Under the pieces are notes generated by a model. That model saw only the letters and a program-made list of their open reading frames with translations, did not search any database and was not told where the DNA came from. The position numbers were made by a program, and so were the translations under genes. A DNA stretch of 46,718 bases, filler included, from Catajapyx aquilonaris (taxonomy: Eukaryota): the NCBI GenBank assembly GCA_000934665.2. It is 2 parts of 2 records of this genome, joined end to end, with 100 filler letters (N's around TTAATTAATTAA, not from the genome) between each part and the next. Parts side by side here need not be neighbours in the genome. Positions count along the whole stretch, not along the records: positions 23,426 to 46,718 come from JYFJ02005706.1; 1 more part is not named here. One strand, given 5' to 3'. Positions 24,451 through 36,900 of the stretch are shown piece after piece. Positions within the stretch are counted from its first letter, which is position 1, and each line of letters opens with the position of its first letter.

Positions 24451-24921
24451 CGTGGTTCCAAGGAATTACGGAAAAATACCATTCTTGTACACTATAGAGC
24501 GAATAAAGGTACTGTGCCAGATGCCCAATATGGGCGGAAGGGAGGAAAGGAAGTGTGGGGCAAAAAAAAAAGGCTGACGACCATGAACTGGTATACAGTT
24601 TGGTTTATTGCAAGGGAACAGGAGGAGAAAGAGAGGCGTCAGGGCACAGAAGGCTCAATCATGGAAGGAGCTTTGACAGATTACACCACAGCCAATTTTA
24701 GGGCAGTGGACAGGACAGTGTGTCAATAAGCAAGGTCCCTCAAAGGAAGAGCATTCTTGATGCCATATTCCATGTAGTTCGGGTCTCACCTACCACACTG
24801 TCATCTACTATGTCATAATCATGTTATGAGAGCAAACTGACTAGCCTTAAGGTTTGATTCTCAACTTTCAGGACTGGTTTTGAGTAACTGCAATGTGAAT
24901 TGATTGTTCTATGTTTTCCAG

Positions 24922-27900
24922 GGCAGAAAAATCAGAAGTTCTCTCAGAAGACCTTGTGACTGCTGAGAAACGTGTTGACAACGTGAAGCAGTCATGCCAG
25001 AACATTGTAAAAAAGTTGCAAGGATATTTGCAAGGGCAAGGAACAGATGGTGCCTCAGTGGAGAAGAGGATGGTGAGAAATCACGTGCCATTTTGCACAA
25101 TTGTGTGATCCTACTAACTTTAATTATAGGGATAAATTTTGTTGCATTTTGAGTGTGTTTGGCATGCAAAAATTACATAGCACAAAAATAACTACTTGGA
25201 GCGAGCGAAATTATCTATAACTGAAGCAACCCCCATACTTGGAACAACATCAAAATTGTATTGCATGTTATTATGGGTGAGGCGATACTGAAGCAAGGTG
25301 GATCATCATCAGTTACCTATTAACATTGTAGAGGCTGCAGTGAATTTAAATACTATTAATCCAGGAGACACGACCCTATCAAATTGAAGTACGGTACAAT
25401 TGTGGGCATTAAGTTGTATCAGTGATCATGTCAGCAAGGCATTACTGGTACTGTTGCATGGACAGATTTGAAGTCTCACAGTACAAAACAAAATGAAAAG
25501 GTACAGGCATAAAATGTTTTAAGAGCAATAATAACCAACATGCCCATTGACAGTGGTTAGTATCTGCACAGGACTTGCATGATACAAGCTTTTCTAGTCA
25601 TGCCCCAAGTGTGTTAATTTTCCTTATTGATGCATTTTATTTTACTTCCCTCTTCTTGATATACGGATTTAGTGCTTTTTCGCCCTTTCCTGCTGACTTT
25701 ATACCTGCTGCTCCACAAGGGGGTTGTTTTTGGTCCCTCTCCAGGAAGATGGAGAGGAGAGGTGGAAGAGGGCGGGGCTTCCGGAATATCCCCCACATCC
25801 CCCCTCACCACTATTAAACCCAAAAACAGGCGGAATGGTGTAGCTAGGGGAGAAAACACTCAAAACAGTTGAGAAGAGAGCGAGTCGAGGACCCTGGGCC
25901 CAAGGAGGTTTAATTCTGCAACCAATTCCTTGGTGAGGTTTAATTCTTAAACCTCCTTGCCTGGGCCTCCCGCTTCCCGCCCTCTCTCCGCTCCACCCCC
26001 CTCTCCAGAAAGTCTCTTCCACCTCCGGGGAGAGAAGACACTTTTTGGGAATTTGTGGAGAGCTCCGCCCATTTCACCCCCCTTTTCCCCCCTCTCCAAC
26101 TTTCTGGAGAGGCACCAAAAACACTCGGGTAGAGGCCACACCCCCTCCCCAGCTTCCTGGAGAGGGACCAAAAACACCCCCAAGGAAAGCTTCTGGTTCT
26201 CATGTGTATGGACCCTGACGGGTGTTATTAACCCTTTGTCTTCCGTGACCATGTTTGTTGTATGTTCATACGATCAAACAAATTTTTTATAAAATTCACT
26301 GATATAACCCAGACGGAAATTTATTTAACCATAGTCTTAGGAAAGTTCATAGTTTCTATGTTCATGAGTATTTAGTCCATTCGGGTGATATTTTTAATGG
26401 CATGACGTCACAGGCCAAAGGTCTGATTCATAGTAAACAAACACTTACTGCATAAATTAAAATAGACATAACTCCCTGCCGCATATTTCCCTGTAGGTGG
26501 AAGTGCAGCTGAAAACCATTTAAAAATTCCTGAAATTCTGCGACTTACTTTTCGCTGGGGGAAAAATCAGAACGATCTGTGAAGGGTAGGCAAACTCCCC
26601 CAGCATCAATGCGGCTGTGAAAGTGGCCTCCCTCATAATTGGCCGGGCTGACTGCTCCATTAGGCGGTGCCCACTTGCCGCCTGAGCCACCTTTTTAGCA
26701 CCTGGTGGATCACATTACCTCCTTTTAACCCAGACCTTTAATAATATTAAAGGGACACTTAATGTTTCCATAATTCATAAGAGGGACTAAGCTTTTATAG
26801 GCGGTGGGGCTCCGCCTCCCCGCACCCCCCCCCATGTGGCTGCGCCCCACTTGCGCGCCTTCAGCGTGAATTGGTCGGCTCCCGGGCTGTCTCCATAACT
26901 ATGCGAGGCCAGCGGTGCAGGTGCACCAGGCTGCCCCCACGACCGCCACTCTCCGATGCGAACACAGCACGTGTTTTAACGTGAAAATGGGTTGGAGTGA
27001 AGGCTGATCCGGTTCACCACTGATGTCACCAATAGACCAACCGAACGCATCTCTGACGTATCATTCTCACAGCAGGTTTGAGTCGAGAGTGAAAGCAGAT
27101 GGGAGCGGCTGGTGGGGTTGGGTGGCGATGGGTGGCGATGGGTGGGTGTCCTATTGTTTTCCGGAGCTGAACCACATGGCCAGCAAGGTTGGGAATTTAA
27201 AAATTCGTTCTGTGGGCATATCTCGAAAACTGGGAATTTTGTGATTATTGGCATTGGATTTTTGGCATGACTAAATCGGGGGCAAGGAATCCAATGCTAC
27301 TACTCCCAGCCCTCTACGACCTCGGGAAGTGGGAGATCTTTTCCATCCTCCTCCTCCTCGGATAGGGGCTTTATATATACTTGACTCGCTTTGCGAGGCG
27401 CGGGGGGGGCCCAGCCCCCCACACTCCCCAGCAGGGCTGCGCCCCACTTCGAGTTCCATGCAGGTCTCCCTGTCTCTGTAACTCTCCGAAGCCCAGTGCA
27501 GGTGCACCCGGCCGCCCCACACTTACCCCACTCTCCGCTTCAGCCTCATCTTGTGCATGAATCAAGAGCGAAACCGATGGAGCCAGATCCAGTGATTTTC
27601 ACCCAGGGCGCTATTTTTATACCCCCACCCAAAGCGTGCATAATTGAGCGGGTGACAAAGGGTTAACTGTGGGATAGTCATCATTTTGCAACCCTGTATT
27701 TTGTGTCTTTTTGTTCATGATATCATCTATCAGCCAAAGAATCAGGAATTTGTTTAAATCTGTGTCAGTAGATTAGAGTGGGAGTGTATGTGTTGTGTTC
27801 CTAATGCACAGTTTGTAATTTCAGGTGTGAATTGTAAATAAATGTTTCTCATTGTTTGCAGAAAAAAGTTGCAGAATCTCTTTTAGGAAACAGTATGATG

Positions 27901-30900
27901 GAGAGTGCCGGATTGCTGGGGACTGTGTCAGTCTTGGGGTAAGTGATCTTAACGGAGATTTTTAATCACATTTTTTAAACTACTCCACCCCTCCACTTTT
28001 TTGGGGCGTGCATAGACTACGGGATTGGGGTAAGGTAATTTTCAAAAATCCATCATGAAGAGTTAGGATATGTGAAACTGTCTATTAGGCTCATGTACTA
28101 TTAACCGCAAAAGTAATGTCGCACTGTTATGTGTATGGCGTACGCGACTTATTGTTTAGTATGGGCTTTAGCATGAGCAACACCCATGCTAAACAACAAG
28201 TCGCAGATGCCATCGCATAACAGTGCGACATTACTTTTGCTGTTAATAGTAGGGGTGAGCGGGGCACGATGGCTACAAGGGTACGATGGCACAGTCAAAT
28301 TTTTGAAGGGGCTATTAGGTTCACGGACATGATGCTTATGTGGTAGGTGCAGATAGACATGCTCCACATTACATCTTCTTTTCAATTTAATCGCAAAAGA
28401 CTGTCGGCAGCAGTACCGATTATTTCGATTTTTGACAATTAGTGTTTCTTTTTTCTTCCAACTGAAGTGCTAGATCACTGAGCCAAATAATTATTTTGCA
28501 AGGCATAATAATTATATGCCTACAAAATGACACCATAAATGGCCATTTAATATTTGTCACTCAAGAGCAGGAGGACTAGAAAGGTAAAAAATGACTATGG
28601 GGCATGATGGCGCATTTTGTTTGGGGCACGTTGGCACGTGTCCCTACCAACCTTAGTGGACTAAGCTGACCATGGCGATTATGGTGGACCATTGCAGCCT
28701 CTAGTGCTTCTCTCCTGTCACTTATTAGGTCGGGCCCATGCACTTTTCCCAGTTGCCCACTACTTGCTTCTTAGTTGGAGGCAAAAAGTTCTGAATATCT
28801 TGTAACATCTTTGTAATCTCTTGTAACTATATGGATATGAATCGATAATGTGTGTGGAAGTGATTTTCATATTATTTCATAAGTCCTACCTTAGCCTTAC
28901 ATGACTGTGTGCCAACATGCCCCATGCCTTGTGCCATCTTGCCCCGGGCATGGGGCACGGTGGCACACGAGCAGAGGCTTTTTAAATAATTTATAGAGGA
29001 TAGCATATTTAAAATGCAAACATGTGAAAATATCACATATATGCTCAAATGTCTAAATTATTCGCAGGTATAACAATTACAGTGAATAAGTCTTAACTGG
29101 CCTCAGAAAAAAATGAAATGTAAAAAGTGTGCCATCTAGCCCCGGTCTCCCCTACATAATGAATTTTCAAACATGGAGTCAGGATTAACACAAAGTTGAG
29201 AGGGGGTTAACCCCTGTTCATGTACATATTGGCAATTCAACCCTGCAACACAGGACCAAGTCCAACCCAGAGTGAAATCTGGTTGTGGAACTGATTGATG
29301 CTTCCACTCAAGGTTAAGAGCATTAAAAAATGGTGGGTAGAATCAAGTTGGAAGAAGTGCTTTGGAGTTTTTGGAGGAGATCGAGGCTAGGTGACAAAGT
29401 GTGGTACAAACTTGTAGTGGTGGATACCCAGCAGAAGTGTACTCTGCTGCTTTGTTCAGGGGAAAAGGCTATAGAGTTCCAGGAACAAGTAACCCCATGC
29501 TTGTTTTTTTATTTTGTATATGGCTCCAATTCAACCCTGGGTTCAATCCTGATTCACACTCAACCTGCAATTTGAGCAGTCATTATGTGTATGTGTACTA
29601 TATCATCAGCCTTAGACATTCATGACAGCATGTTACAGGAAAATATTGAACCATACACATGTTTGAAATTGCCCTGTGCAGTTTCCTGAGTGCCCTCTTT
29701 GCATCAAGTATCAGCCAGTAAAATCATAAACTTGATTGTAACAGCTTATAGCAGCCCCCTGCAACTCCCTATCTAGCCATATGGGGAAGGCGTGTGCTTA
29801 GCGAGTCCCCTATCCCCGGATGTGGAGTCCTGCATAACCGGATGTGGAGCCCTGAGCCAAATCGTATTCAGGCTGACGACCTCTGAACCGTACTGGACTT
29901 ACCTAAAGCGTCAAATCCCATTCAGTTCCAGTTTGCAGATCCACAGGACCAGCCACCCGAATGCGATTTGGTGCAGAGCTCCACATCTGGGGATAGGGGA
30001 CTTGCTAAGCACACACGAAAAGAGAGGGAGTTGCGGGGGNAGGGGGGGGGGGGGGCTGGCTTATAGGATGTTCACGCATTAAAATTTTTGAGATGAAGTC
30101 CAGTTATTCAAAATTACACTTTTCCTATTCAGAAAAGTTTTGGCAGAATGTGGACCACTGGAGGCAAAAATCGGTAGTGAAATAATTCAGCATGAAGTCC
30201 AGTTGGAACAGTTGGTTTTGGGACCTCTTCAGCAACTATTAGATGTGGACATTCCAAACATCATGAAGCAACGGCGAAATTTGAACAAGTTGACCTTGGA
30301 TATGGATTCTGCAAGGACTAGGTAAAGTAAACTTTTCTTTTCTAATGTCAATCACTTCACACAATTCTGCAAAGGAACCCTTTTAACCCTTTGACAACTG
30401 CGGACATCATATGATGTCCTAGCATACTTTCCTGCAGGGCCTACAGACATCATATGATGTCTTGAGACTTCCAACTCGTAAAATTCCAACCTCACCGATA
30501 ATTTGGTGCATTGGTAGCCCACCCCAAGGGATGAAAAACGCACCTGTAGTTACTTGCTCAAAATGACCATGACCCATATTGGAGGGGGGCGTATGTTAAT
30601 GCACCGAATTTCAAGAAATACAGGGTGTTCCAGAGTTGACGACTCACTCTTTGAAACGCAATTACTTTCGAACGGAAGAACATATTTATTTAATGTATGC
30701 ATCAAAACATCAAGGAAATACTAACTTAAGACCTGTTCTCCATGGTATGGTCAACCACCCCCCCTTCCACGTCGATACAGGCCTGCAATCGCAAGGCGAC
30801 GTTGTCGCACACCTTCCGACAGAAGTCAACAGGGATCGCGTTGAACTCCTGTGTGATTATGTCACGCAGATGCTCCAAGGAGCCGATTCGATGGTGTTAA

Positions 30901-33900
30901 TACTGGTAAACCTTTTCCTTCAGATAACCCCACAGGCATCGGACTGATTTTGCTTTTGCTGGAGAACTTTCTAGTGCATCTCGGATGCTCTGTTTGTTTT
31001 CTGCATTCACAACTGTTTTCCCTTTGCTGGGGTTATTTTGATCCAAAACACTTCCAGTTTCATCGAACCGTTGGTTTATCCTCGCAACAGTTTTTCGGGT
31101 AGGAGCCGGTCCACCGAAAAGGTTTACCATTTGACGGCACACTTCTGTAACATTTTTTGTCACTGAATACAGTCGAACACACTGGACACGTTTCTCCAAC
31201 GACAGTCTTGCTTCGGCCATTTTTGTTGCAAGACCTGAGCATTGCTTTAGTACTGCCACCTACATGGAAGATTTTCGCACCCTCCCTTGATGTTTTGGTA
31301 CGTACTTTAAATAAATATGTTGTTCCGTTCGAAAGTAATTGCGTTTCAAAGAGTGAGTCGTCAACTCTGGAACACCCTGTAGATGAGGTCAAAGGGGGAA
31401 AAGAACTCAGGCCTAAGTAAGGCAATGGCTCAAAAACTCCATTGTCAAAATGTGGATTATACTGGAAATGATTGTAGATGTGTGGGATTGCTTTTGTTTC
31501 TTTTATTTCATTCTGTTTTTTTGTTGTTGTTTTTTTTGTTTTTTTTAAAGATACCACACAGCAACCAAAACAGCTGCTGGTTCTGGCACTAACAATTCCA
31601 AAGCTGATAATATCAAAGAGGAGCTTGAAGATGCACAGCAAAAGGTGGAGCAGTGTAGGGTAAGATTTTCTCCCAACATTTTTTCCTGGCACACAAGAAT
31701 TAGCAGGTGTCTCAGGTTATGTATTTGATTGCCTAGTGTCCATATTGTGTTCAAATGTCTCAGTGGTGTTACTATGGTACCCATGTACATTAATTAACCT
31801 TCCCCTCTTCATGTAGTGTATTTTATGTGAAGTGCATTAGAAAAGTATGCAAATTTTACTATATTCTGAATTCTTGGATTCATATAGCCTCTAAAAACTC
31901 TGGAGGCCTTGATGTTCTTGGGAGCTGACATAGGAATGCGAATACCAGAGCTAAACGTTTGCAACAATTTGTTGGGTATTCATAGTCAAATGCAAAACTG
32001 TGTGTGTATTGCTCTTCAAGTAGAAAGGTGACAGCCCCACTTGGCATGCTGGGTGTTTGCTGAAGTGGTCACAATCAGAACAGTGAGTGTATTTCTGATG
32101 CGGAATGCCACTGAATATTCTAAGCGTAATATTCTAAGTTAAAGTTCTTCTGTATTGTTCAATTTTTTTCCCAGTAGTGCCACATTTTAAAATCGGGAAG
32201 AATGTCAGAAGTATTAGTACCATTCTTCCACATAAACCACTCTTACCACCTCTGCTACTTTAAATATTCTGTGGGCAACATGGTGATGTAGTGGTTAGCA
32301 CCACCGACTTCCATGGCTGAAGTCATGAGTTTTATCCCCATGTTGGATGGAGGATTTTCTCATGTGGAAATAGTTTTTATGGAGTCTCAGAATGCTCATG
32401 GTGGTTTTCTTGGATTCTCTTGTTTCTTTCCACAGTCAAAATCCATCACAACACATTGAATCAATAAAGTCCAGAATAAAAAGAGGATCCCCTAAGAGGA
32501 CACAGTTCTATCATGGTTCTACCTTAGTCAGATATTAACGGGGTTATTCCAGACCATGTAGGTCCTTAAACCCCGGGCCCCACATAGGGCCTATATCATC
32601 ACTCTAAGTCCGTTTCGTCGTGGTCCGCCAGGGGCGGACCACCCGTTCGCTTCCGAATCGAACCCAAGCCGTCATAGGGTCGAGACTCGACCATCGGGAC
32701 GACACCCAGAGGAGCCGCCCGTCCCACGATCGAGTCCCGAACCCGTAAGGTCCGGAGCTCGCCCCAATCCATACTACCATACTTCTCAACTGGAATCTTG
32801 AATATGTGGCATCACATCACTTTGAAAACATGTGTAAACTGGATCAAACCTTTACATTTGGCATGTCGCACATCTGTTGGCTCCAAAGAGTATCAAACAC
32901 CTCCACAACTTTTGATAAGCAATGTAATATTGAAGTATTTGACATGTGTGAAAATCAGCCCCAAGTCACTCTCCCTCTTTTCACGTGAGCTTACCTGATC
33001 TCCCCCACCAAGGGGGATTGGCCATGGTCGGCGCCAGAGTCACTTGCCTAGATGGTGGTGCCTTACCTAGAGGGGCAATTCTGAACCATTAGGGTCAACT
33101 CCGATTGGCTGGAGTTTAAAAAGGCCTCCTGTGCTACTCCATGGCTCTTTTTAACCAATATACTTCTTCCAGCCAATTGGAGTTGGCTCGAATGGTTCAG
33201 AATTGGCCTGCTAGGTAAGGCGCCACCATCTTGGTGCATGACTCTAGTGCCGACCATGGCCAATCCCCCTTGCTGAGGGAGATTAGCTAATCTCACAGGG
33301 GTAGCAATGTACTGGTATAGGGAGTGACTTGGGGGCTGGTGAAAATCATAATTTGTTCATGTATTTTGTCTTACAGGATGCTCTTGCAGCTGAAATGTTT
33401 CAATTTATGTCACGCGAGCAAGCCATGGCTGAATTGATATTATTGCTGGTGAAACTGCAGCGGGATTATCACAGAGCTGCCTTTGATGTGCTGGATAGCA
33501 AACTTTCATCTGTTGAGTCTTTAATACGTATGTCAGACATATTTCAAGCTGTATTTTTTTTGCCACTTACTTATTTCCATTGGCACTTGAAACATTACTT
33601 TGGTTCACTTGCAGGTGACAATCCATATAAGCCTGCTTACGGAGTGGATCTGGACGAACACCTAAGAGTAACAGAACGACAAGTAGCTTATCCGATTGAA
33701 CTCTGCGTATGTGCCTTATTAGAAGGGGGGGTGCAGGAAGAGGGACTGTTTCGGGTGGCTGGAGGTGAAATCATTATTTGTAGTGGCAATTTTAGAAAGC
33801 TGACATATATTAACAAAATACTTATTGCAGGAGCTTCTCGTGTTAGAAAACTGAAGACTGCTTTTGACACTGGCCTTGTGGATTTACCCATGATTCTGGA

Positions 33901-36900
33901 ATTTCGAGACCCCCATGTTGTTGCAGGAGCTTTGAAGTCATATTTGAGGGAGCTGCCAGAACCACTGCTGACAAATCAACTATATGATGACTGGATGGCT
34001 GCTGCCAGGTGCATATTTAGTTGTTTGGTAAAAAGTGCAAATTCCTAAATTTGGTTTTGGGATTTGTAGGGTTCAAGATCCAGATGCAAGATTGCAAGAA
34101 TTGTGGAAAGTGGTGCAGGAATTGCCTAAATCAAGTTTCGACAATTTGCGCTATTTGATCAAATTTTTGGCTCTTCTGGCAAAAAATCAGGAAACCAATA
34201 AGATGGGATCTCACAATATTGCCATTGTGATGACACCTAATTTAATATGGAACCCTGCAGAAGATGGTGAAACTGTGATGGGGTGAGTGGCATTCAGTAC
34301 AAGTGGCCTTGTCATAGCTGGCATTAAATTCTTGTATATTTTTTTCTCTAGGATGAACATGTCCATGACAAATACTCACAGTTCAATTATTGACTCTCTA
34401 GTCACATATGCAGATTGGTTCTTCCCAGGAGGTAAGTGCAGAAGTATACTGCAGAATTGGAAACTGGCAAGTTTAAGAATTATTGATAAAATAGATTTTA
34501 TTTATGTTTGTTTTTCATGAGACCTACATAGAGTTGTTAATATTTACTAGTTGCAACCAAGCCCTAATATTGGTGGTGGCTTCTGTGATGCACAAGTTCA
34601 GTAAACATTTTTTTTAAAGAAGCCTGTGCACTCTTAATTTATGTGACATCATTTTGTAAAGGGTCCCTCAGAAATTGTGTATTTACTGTATATTGGAGTT
34701 CCTCCCCACACACACTATAGAACACAAGTTCTTTCGAGGGAGAAATAAATTTGATTGATTGATATTCAGCTAACATTCTGTGTTAATTATATTTAATTTT
34801 TTTGACAGATATTGATTTCTGCATCACTTGTCAAAAGATTCCACAAGATAGCTTGCCATCCACACCTAATGGGATGTCAGCTTCTGCAGAAGGCCATAGG
34901 CGTACTAGCAGTGCCGAAGGCCATGCCATTCATTTATCATCTGGTAGTTCTGGAATTGAAGTAGGCATGAAACGGGCACAGTCAAATAGCAGCCTCTCAG
35001 ATCACAGCAGGTGCGTAAATTAGAAATCTTTGTCCGATGGCATACCGTAGATCAGTGGTTCCCAAACTTTTTTTGGTCACAGCCCACATCAGATAGGGAA
35101 AATACCTCGCGGCCCACCTAATGAGCCAGTTACACCTGGTCACCTCCCACGCAAAGAGTGCATGTGTATGCTTTCTGTGTTAAGAACTAAGCGGCGTGCA
35201 GGATTTTTTTTCCCCTTTTTTTACGTACTGTGCTCTGGCTCCTCATTTTGCCAGATCATTTTATAGTTTACAAAAATAAAATTTAAAGCTGGCGGCCCAA
35301 AGTTTGGGAACCACTGCCAGAGATTAATTGTGAAAGGTCATATTTAATAGTACAATGTTCAATCAAATGAAAGTGAGCCAGTCAACCTTACATGGACATG
35401 GTCACAGTCCAAGAACAAATACCAGTATGCTAAAAATACTGAGTAGTCACATCTACTAAGAACCAAAGGATCCCTCCCAGGATTGATTTTGTTGTGTACC
35501 ACAATAATATATACAGGGTGGTCCAACATCAAGTGTCGTTTTATAACGGCTATTAATAGAAGCGCTTTACGATTGACATTGCAGCGACGTGTAAAATTGC
35601 CCACTTCGATGGCGCCGAAGATGCGCCGAAGTGGGACATTTTACGCGTCGCTGCTACGTCATCGCAAAATCACTGCTATTAATCGCCGTTATAAAACGAC
35701 ACTTGATGTTGGACCACCCTGTATTTGGTCCACCTGTTCTTAATAATATTAGATGAAAAAGTGTAACGCCAAAATGGTGAATACGTATGTCAAAAATTGG
35801 TGAAATAACCTTGGTAGCTTTGTTTAACTTTGATGAGGTGAAACAAAACGGCCAGGAAGAAACTAACAAGCATCGCTTTTTCTTTAGTCCACCACTTGGT
35901 AGCCCTAAACCAGCACTCCGTCGCAAGAACAAGCCTGCTCCTGGCCCTCCTGTGAAGAGTGATACCAAACCTAAACCAGATCGTCCTGAGAAACCCCCAA
36001 GACTAGATGGAACTGGCAGCCTTCCAAGGCACTTTTCCAGAAACTCGGATGTCTTTATACATTCCCCAAAACCATCCAAAGGTTCAGATGAAGCATGTCC
36101 TTCTGCAGATAAAGGTGGTGATGCACCCCCACCCCTTTCGCCTAAGCCTCCCCTTGTCCACCTTAGTGACGCTGTCACAATTAGAAGAAAGGGAGAGGAA
36201 AGCAAAACTGTATCTTCTGCTAAAGCAAATCACAGGAGCAGTTTAGAAGAGAAAATTCCAAGTGACTCAGCAAAGAAGCCTGTGCCAGCAACTCGTATGT
36301 CGCTGATGGCAGAAATTCCTAGGAGGCCAAACAGTTTTGTGGGCATCCGAGGAGAAGATAAGCCCGACCATGGAAAAAGAGAGACTCAGGATTTGCCAAG
36401 AACTGAGGAGAAGCTTCCTGAAGCTGAGAAACCCAAGCCTGTGGTGCCCATCAGGCCAGTAATTCTGCGAGCAACGCAGCCAAATACAAAGGATGCCAAG
36501 ACTGAGGAAAAGCCTCAGTGGGCCTGTGAAAATACTGCAGAGGTAAGTTTGAAACTGTTACAGACACTTCATATTGTGAAAATTTCTACTCTGCAGGGAC
36601 ACAAGTCAGAGCGTGCTGTACTGGAGCGGACCCATTTGTACTGTGTGGACAAGCAGCAGGTTTCCATTGTGAACATGGGTTCAAATGAACCAACAGCAAG
36701 GAGGCTTTCTCTTGGCCGAACACCATCAGGTATTACTTTTAACTTTATTGTTGTGGCAAGTGTGACCCTGGAAATCTTTCCAGAAAAAAGCATTGCATCT
36801 GAATCCTCCGAGAAAGCAACTGACCTTCACATTGAGGAAGATCACTCTAGTCAGCACGTATCACAGGAACAGGAAAAGGAAGAGGCCAGCCATGAAACTC

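Noticed and set aside
26746..26760. TTAAAGGGACACT resembling the Kolobok-like terminus
   Set aside because: The match ends after 13 bp and no partner end was found.
32600..32700. Hammerhead or HDV-like ribozyme suggested by GACGAAAC on the minus strand
   Set aside because: Could not assemble a CUGANGA core with stems II/III and a UH site, nor an HDV pseudoknot.
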